Of a stretch of 20,079 nucleotides of DNA, positions 15,276-20,079 are shown in pieces. The first letter of the stretch is position 1; every line of letters starts with the position of its first letter. The stretch is from an archaeon (GTDB lineage Archaea; SpSt-1190; DYHY01). The stretch is from positions 1-20,079 of the forward strand of contig JAZDJS010000050.1 of the NCBI GenBank assembly GCA_043803745.1. Direction: 5' to 3'. Position numbers and translations under genes: made by a program. Below the pieces are notes generated by a model. The model was not told where the DNA came from. It searched no databases and saw only the letters and a list, made by a program, of their open reading frames with translations.

Positions 15276-16046
15276 ATGGCTGATTCACCCGCAACAACCA
15301 ACCGGGGAAAATTCATCGTAATTGACGGGACTGACGGGACTGGCAAGGCAACCCAGTCAAGGATTCTCCTCGACCGGCTGAGGGGGGCGAAACTCCCCGT
15401 TGATTTCTTCGATTTCCCGAGATACGGGCAGAAAAGCGCAGGGCTTGTCGAGGAGTATCTGAACGGTAAATACGGGACTGCCGAGGAGGTCGGTCCGTTC
15501 AGGGCATCGATATTCTACGCAATTGACAGGTATGCAGCAGCATTTTCGCTCAGAAAAGCGCTTGATGAGGGGAAAATAGTGCTTGCGAACAGATACACTT
15601 CTTCGAGCATGGGGCATCAGGGCGGGAAGATAGAGAAGGGGGCCGAACGCGACTTTTTCCTTACCTGGCTCGAGAACCTCGAGTTCGGGATTTTCGGTAT
15701 TCCCGTCCCGGATGCAGTCATAATCCTATACATCCCTCCGGAGATTGGCCAAGCCCTCATCAAGCAGAAGAAAATCCGGGAATATATCGAGGGCGGGAAG
15801 AAGATGGACATACACGAAGCAGACCTGGCCCACCTGAAGAAGGCTGCGGAATCCTACCTCTACTGCGCGGAGAAATACGGCTGGACCGTAATAAACTGCG
15901 CCCCGGAAGGGAAGCTCCTGTCAATTGAGGAGATTTCGGAGAAGGTTTTTGCCGCCGTTGAGGGGGCTCTTGCTTCTTCCGAGGGGAAGAAGGGTTCGCC
16001 AATCAGTTCTATTCACGGAAGCAGCAGGGTAAGCCCGATTTCCTGA
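15276..16046 (+). CDS. tmk: Thymidylate kinase
   Basis: GKFIVIDGTDGTGKATQ P-loop, FYAIDR, LANRYTSSSMGHQG and DIHEAD. Confidence 0.92.
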   Translation: MADSPATTNRGKFIVIDGTDGTGKATQSRILLDRLRGAKLPVDFFDFPRYGQKSAGLVEEYLNGKYGTAEEVGPFRASIFYAIDRYAAAFSLRKALDEGKIVLANRYTSSSMGHQGGKIEKGAERDFFLTWLENLEFGIFGIPVPDAVIILYIPPEIGQALIKQKKIREYIEGGKKMDIHEADLAHLKKAAESYLYCAEKYGWTVINCAPEGKLLSIEEISEKVFAAVEGALASSEGKKGSPISSIHGSSRVSPIS

Positions 16047-16069
16047 GTTCAGTCCTCAGTATATTCTTC

Positions 16070-18481
16070 TTAGTCGCGGCACGGGCAGCAGCCGTCGCCG
16101 TGCGAGTGACCCGCCTCCTCCAATTTCCTGAGCTTCGTCAGCATCACTTTCTTCTCAATTCCGGCAACAAGCTTCCTTGTCGCTACGACCGCGTCAGGGT
16201 TCACCGAAATTGACGTAATCCCCTCCGCAACAAGGAACTCGACAAAGTCAGGCATGTTGCTAGGAGCCTGGCCGCATATCGAGATTGTCTTACCGTTCCT
16301 GTGGGCGGCGACAATCAGCTGGCGGATTGCTTCGACAACAGCTGGGTCGCGCTCATCGGTATAGCCCATGTTCCCAAGGAGTTCCGAGTCGCGGTCCGCC
16401 CCGATTGTAAGCTGGGTAAGGTCGTTGCTCCCGATCGAGAACCCGTCGAAATACTTGTAGAAGGTGTCCGCCTGGAAAACTATTGACGGCACTTCCGCCA
16501 TTGCCCAGACCTTGAAATCCCTGTTCTTTTCCAGGCCCTCCTCAGCCATTATCTGGAGGGCGCGCTTCACCTCCCACTCCGTCCTTACGAAGGGGAGCAT
16601 TGCCCAGACGTTCTTCAGGCGGAACTCCTCGCGGCATTTCAGGAGAGCCTGGCATTCCAGCCGGAATGCCTTCTCAAAGCCGGGGGAAATGTAGCGGGAA
16701 ACCCCGCGCCAGCCAATCATCGGGTTGTCCTCCTTCGGCTCATACTTTTCCCCGCCGGGAAGGTCGCGGTATTCGTTCGTCTTGAAATCCGAGAAACGGA
16801 CCACAACCGGGCGCGGGTTTATTGCCTTCGCCACGATCCCAATTCCCTCCGCAAGCTTGTCCTTGTATTCAGTCCCCTTGCCCTGCGCAATCAGGTCCAT
16901 CGGGTGTGCCTTGACATATGTCGCAATGATGAACTCGAGCCGCATGAGGCCTATCCCGTCAAAGGGAAGGTTGCCATAATCATCTATCTTTTCAGGGATC
17001 CCGAGGTTCATGTAAATCTTGGTCGCGGTCGGGGTATAGCTCTCGGCAATCACGGCCGTGCCCTTCTCATATGCCGCCTTCTCAGCGGTCTTCCTCTCCG
17101 CAAGCTTTCCCGCGTAAACGACCCCGGCTTTCCCGTCGACCGTGTAGAAGGACGCTTCTTTCATGACCGTCATCGCGTTTCCGGTGCCGACAACGCAGGG
17201 TATCCCGAGCTCGCGCGAGACAATTGCCGCGTGGCAGGTTGCGCCGCCCTCCTCGGTAACTATTGCGCACGCCTTGCGCATTGCGGGAACCCAGTCCGGC
17301 GTTGTCATGCTTGTGACCAAGAGGTCCCCGTCCTTGACAAGGCTGATTTGCTCAACCGAGGGGATTATCTTCGCGGCCCCCGCAACCGTTCCGGGAGATG
17401 CTGACATCCCCTTGCAAACCACTTTTCTCTCCGTTGTCTCCGGGACTGCTGATTCCGGCGCCTTCTGCCCTTTCTTGCTCCAGACGGTTTCCGCCCGCGC
17501 CTGGACAAGGAAGACCGATTCCGGAAATTTCATGTCCCGGTCGACCGCCCATTCAATGTCCATCTCCCTGCCATAGTGCTTCTCAATTAGCTTGCCGAGT
17601 TCGGCAATCCGGACTATTTCCTCGTCGGTCAGGGAGGGGATGTTCTGCCTGTCTGCCGGAACCTGGGAATGCATTACCCCGCCGGTTTTCGGGTCCCGAA
17701 TATACTCAATATGCTTCACCGCAAGATGCCGGTCAAGTATCTGGAGGGTGTTCTCGTTGACGTGGAAGCTGTCTGGAGTTACCGCTCCGGAGACAACAGC
17801 TTCCCCAAGGCCCCAGTTGGATTCGATGATAATGACATCAGGCTCTCCGGTTGAGATGTCAAGGGTGAACATCACTCCTGCCGAGCGCGAGTTGACCATC
17901 TTCTGGACCGCGACCGAAAGGAGGACGTCCTCGTGACGGAAGCCCTTGTCATGGCGGTAGAAAGTCGCCCTTGGCGTGAACAGGGAGGACCAGCATTTCT
18001 TCGTGTAGAGGAGGAGGTCGGGCTCGCCGCGCACGTTGAGGAAGGTCTCCTGCTGCCCTGCGAAGCTTGCATCGGGCAGGTCCTCCGCGGTTGCCGAGGA
18101 GCGGACTGCAACGAAGAGCGCGCTCTGCTTGTATTTTGCGGAAAGCTCCTTGTACCCTTTCTTGACGGCTTCCTCTATTTCCTTGGGCATCGGGGCAGCC
18201 TCGATAAGGTCGCGGATTTTCGCGCACGCCTTCGTCAACGCGTCCGAGTTGTTGACGTCCGCCTTGTTGAGGAGTTCGTAAACGCTTTCAGCGATTCCGG
18301 TTTCGGTAATGAATTTCTTGTACGCATATGCCGTGACGGCAAAGCCTCCGGGAACGGGGATTCCGGAGGAAATCATCTCCCCTAGGTTGGCGTTCTTTCC
18401 CCCGACGAGCGGGATGTCGTCCTTCCTCAAATCTTCAAACCAGAGAATGAGTTCCTTGCTTCTATCAACCGTTTTCGCCAT
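16070..18481 (-). CDS. ppsA: Phosphoenolpyruvate synthase (pyruvate, water dikinase)
   Basis: VGGKNANLGEM, AVRSSATAEDLPDASFAGQQETFLN, phospho-His motif GGATCHAAIVSRELG, DGFSIGSNDLTQL and ICGQAPS. Confidence 0.97.
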   Translation of the reverse strand: MAKTVDRSKELILWFEDLRKDDIPLVGGKNANLGEMISSGIPVPGGFAVTAYAYKKFITETGIAESVYELLNKADVNNSDALTKACAKIRDLIEAAPMPKEIEEAVKKGYKELSAKYKQSALFVAVRSSATAEDLPDASFAGQQETFLNVRGEPDLLLYTKKCWSSLFTPRATFYRHDKGFRHEDVLLSVAVQKMVNSRSAGVMFTLDISTGEPDVIIIESNWGLGEAVVSGAVTPDSFHVNENTLQILDRHLAVKHIEYIRDPKTGGVMHSQVPADRQNIPSLTDEEIVRIAELGKLIEKHYGREMDIEWAVDRDMKFPESVFLVQARAETVWSKKGQKAPESAVPETTERKVVCKGMSASPGTVAGAAKIIPSVEQISLVKDGDLLVTSMTTPDWVPAMRKACAIVTEEGGATCHAAIVSRELGIPCVVGTGNAMTVMKEASFYTVDGKAGVVYAGKLAERKTAEKAAYEKGTAVIAESYTPTATKIYMNLGIPEKIDDYGNLPFDGIGLMRLEFIIATYVKAHPMDLIAQGKGTEYKDKLAEGIGIVAKAINPRPVVVRFSDFKTNEYRDLPGGEKYEPKEDNPMIGWRGVSRYISPGFEKAFRLECQALLKCREEFRLKNVWAMLPFVRTEWEVKRALQIMAEEGLEKNRDFKVWAMAEVPSIVFQADTFYKYFDGFSIGSNDLTQLTIGADRDSELLGNMGYTDERDPAVVEAIRQLIVAAHRNGKTISICGQAPSNMPDFVEFLVAEGITSISVNPDAVVATRKLVAGIEKKVMLTKLRKLEEAGHSHGDGCCPCRD

Positions 18482-18556
18482 GCAAGAGGGAAGGAAGGCG
18501 GTTATATATTGTTTTAGGCAGGCTTTTAGGGTTGCAGAGGGGAAGGCTGGAAAACA

Positions 18557-18928
18557 ATGAGAATCCTTTCAGGAAAGAAATTGCTCTTTGACAAGGTCAG
18601 GGTCTGCGACAGCTTCCTTTCGAAGGGCCTCGGGCTCATGTTTCGGAGAAAGCCGCTTGAAAAGGGCGAATGCCTCCTTTTCGTTTTCGACAGGGAACTG
18701 CCGCCGGCTCTCCTTGGGATACATATGAACTTCTGCCTCTTCCCGATAAAGGTCGCCTGGCTCGATTCCGACAGGCGCGTGGTGGATTGTCAGATTGCTG
18801 AACCGGCAAGCTTTCTCAAGCCGGCAACGTTGAAACTCCACAAGCCAAGGAAGCCCGCGAAATACATTATTGAGTGCTCCCCCGGCGTAAGGCTTGCTTC
18901 GGGGCAACGGCTCTCCTTCCGCAATTGA
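18557..18928 (+). CDS. DUF192 / UPF0127 family protein
   Basis: CDSFLSKGLGLMFR, LLFVF, IHMNFCLFPI.V.WLD and PAKYIIE motifs. Confidence 0.85.
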   Translation: MRILSGKKLLFDKVRVCDSFLSKGLGLMFRRKPLEKGECLLFVFDRELPPALLGIHMNFCLFPIKVAWLDSDRRVVDCQIAEPASFLKPATLKLHKPRKPAKYIIECSPGVRLASGQRLSFRN

Positions 18929-18960
18929 GGTCTTTTTTGGGGCGCAGCGGAAGATGTGGG

Positions 18961-18984
18961 AGATACATTAATAAACCAGATACA
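18961..18984 (+). promoter_or_regulatory. Promoter of the Cys leader/cysteine synthase unit: TTAATAAA (18968-18975) flanked by AGATACA direct repeats
   Basis: The TATA-like box ends 23 nt before ATG 18999; AGATACA occurs at 18961-18967 and 18978-18984. Confidence 0.6.
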
Positions 18985-18998
18985 GGTAATATACCGCA

Positions 18999-19055
18999 AT
19001 GCCTAGCGGACCGGGTAATTTGTTTTCCTGTCGCTGCTGCTGCGCTGCCTGTTAG
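18999..19055 (+). CDS. Putative polycysteine leader peptide MPSGPGNLFSCRCCCAAC (18 aa)
   Basis: Translated by hand; 5 Cys codons in the last 8, three of them consecutive; at the leaderless position after the TATA box; directly upstream of the cysteine-synthase-family gene. Confidence 0.72.
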   Translation: MPSGPGNLFSCRCCCAAC

Positions 19056-19142
19056 GCGGTTTTCTCAGACCGGCGAACTGTGACGATAAACCGGCTTGGC
19101 TGAATTCTGGCATTGCCGTTGCTTTTTGGTTTTTGGCGTTTT
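19056..19142 (+). terminator. Candidate attenuator region: alternative pairings plus repeated U-tracts
   Basis: CGGTTT (19057-19062) can pair with AGACCG (19067-19072) or AAACCG (19088-19093); TTTTTGGTTTTTGGCGTTTT at 19123-19142. Confidence 0.5.
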
Positions 19143-19177
19143 GAAGAAGATGATGATGGAAAAAGATGAACCAAAAA

Positions 19178-20079
19178 ATGAAAATATACAATAATGTGCT
19201 TGAACTATTTGGTAGAACTCCGCTTGTCCGGCTCAAAGGAGAGAAGGGAAGCGCGGAAATCGTTGCGAAACTCGAGTATCTTAACCCAGGAGGGTCAGTC
19301 AAGGACAGAATTGCCCTTGCAATGGTTCTTGACGCCGAGCGGAAGGGCCTTCTGAAGCCAGGGGGGCTAATTGTTGAACCCACAAGCGGGAACACAGGGA
19401 TAGGGCTTGCCCTTGTTGCGGCAGCCAGGGGATATAGGACGCTTTTCGTGCTTCCCGACAAGACATCCAAAGAGAAGGTGGGGATTCTCCGAAGCCTCGG
19501 GGCCGAAATTGTCCTCTCCAAATCCGGGGTCGCCGTCGACAGCCCAGAATCTGACGTTTCACTCGCAAGGAAACTCGCGGAAGAAAGGGGCGCGTTCATG
19601 CCCAACCAATATGACAATCCGGAAAACCCGCGCGCGCATTATGAGGGAACCGGCCCGGAAATCTGGGAAGCTTCGGAAGGGAAAGTCGACGCCCTTGTCG
19701 GGGGAATGGGGACTGGGGGGACGCTCAGCGGGTCTGGGAAATTCCTGAAGGAAAAGAACCCTGCGCTCCTGATTGTCGGGGCGGATCCGGAGGGCTCTGT
19801 TTTCCACAAGCTCAAGGAAGGAAAGCGCCCGGATTCAAGCGCGTACAGGATTGAGGGAATTGGGAAGAATTTCGTGCCCGGGAACGTCGACCTCTCCCTT
19901 GTCGACCGGTTCGTCGTTGTCTCCGACGCGGACGCATTCTCTGAAGCAAGACGGGTCGCAAGGGAGGAGGGCCTCCTTGTCGGGGGTTCGGCAGGAGCCG
20001 CTATTTCCGCCGCAAGGAAGATCGCCCGGGAACTGGGGGAGGGCAAGCGGGTTGTCGTAATCGTCCCGGACCGCGGGGA
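19178..20079 (+). CDS. Cysteine synthase / cystathionine beta-synthase family PLP enzyme, 3'-truncated by the window edge
   Basis: Absent from the ORF track because there is no stop. Hand translation gives MKIYNNVLELFGRTPLVRL...KLEYLNPGGSVKDRIA (PLP Lys), EPTSGNTGIGLA, NQYDNPENP.AHY.GTGPEI, GMGTGGT and IEGIG. PDKTSKEK and ADPEGS look CBS-like. Alternative start at 19166. Confidence 0.93.
   Translation, partial: MKIYNNVLELFGRTPLVRLKGEKGSAEIVAKLEYLNPGGSVKDRIALAMVLDAERKGLLKPGGLIVEPTSGNTGIGLALVAAARGYRTLFVLPDKTSKEKVGILRSLGAEIVLSKSGVAVDSPESDVSLARKLAEERGAFMPNQYDNPENPRAHYEGTGPEIWEASEGKVDALVGGMGTGGTLSGSGKFLKEKNPALLIVGADPEGSVFHKLKEGKRPDSSAYRIEGIGKNFVPGNVDLSLVDRFVVVSDADAFSEARRVAREEGLLVGGSAGAAISAARKIARELGEGKRVVVIVPDRG

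Noticed and set aside
19150-19194. Out-of-frame short ORF MMMEKDEPKNENIQ overlapping the cysteine synthase start
   Set aside because: No promoter or compositional signal; the GATGATGA run may just be the ribosome-binding region. A role in coupling cannot be excluded.
19003-20060. ORF-track entries over the last kilobase
   Set aside because: All are antisense or off-frame shadows of the stop-less cysteine-synthase-family CDS.

Overview
Archaeal chromosomal window. The evidence is TATA boxes about 22-28 nt before start codons, an archaeal-type PEP carboxylase and a tRNA without encoded CCA; the gene content is DPANN-like, but the lineage cannot be fixed from sequence alone. Housekeeping genes: ppcA, tRNA-Arg(UCU), argS, a stand-alone acetate-CoA-ligase ATP-grasp subunit, tmk, ppsA, DUF192 and a 3'-truncated cysteine synthase/cystathionine beta-synthase. 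There are also three predicted surface proteins, two of them large and Cys-rich, and a HEPN-MNT toxin-antitoxin pair. Three signals are not explained by the ORF track. (1) A leaderless 18-codon polycysteine uORF (MPSGPGNLFSCRCCCAAC) with alternative hairpins and U-tracts lies directly upstream of the cysteine-synthase-family gene, a candidate cysteine attenuator in an archaeon. (2) A dispersed ~50-bp hairpin element (RGAACCC-variable stem-loop-GCCGTTCACGG-AAAAGAAGC) is present about 10 times at four intergenic loci. It is repeatedly associated with long (15-37 bp) duplications of adjacent gene 3' ends, and one such duplication brackets the ~1 kb TA cassette at the end of argS with no recombinase in view. 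(3) A micro-ORF encoding MAKKKKKK upstream of argS has its own TATA box, SD-like motif and terminator-like signal.
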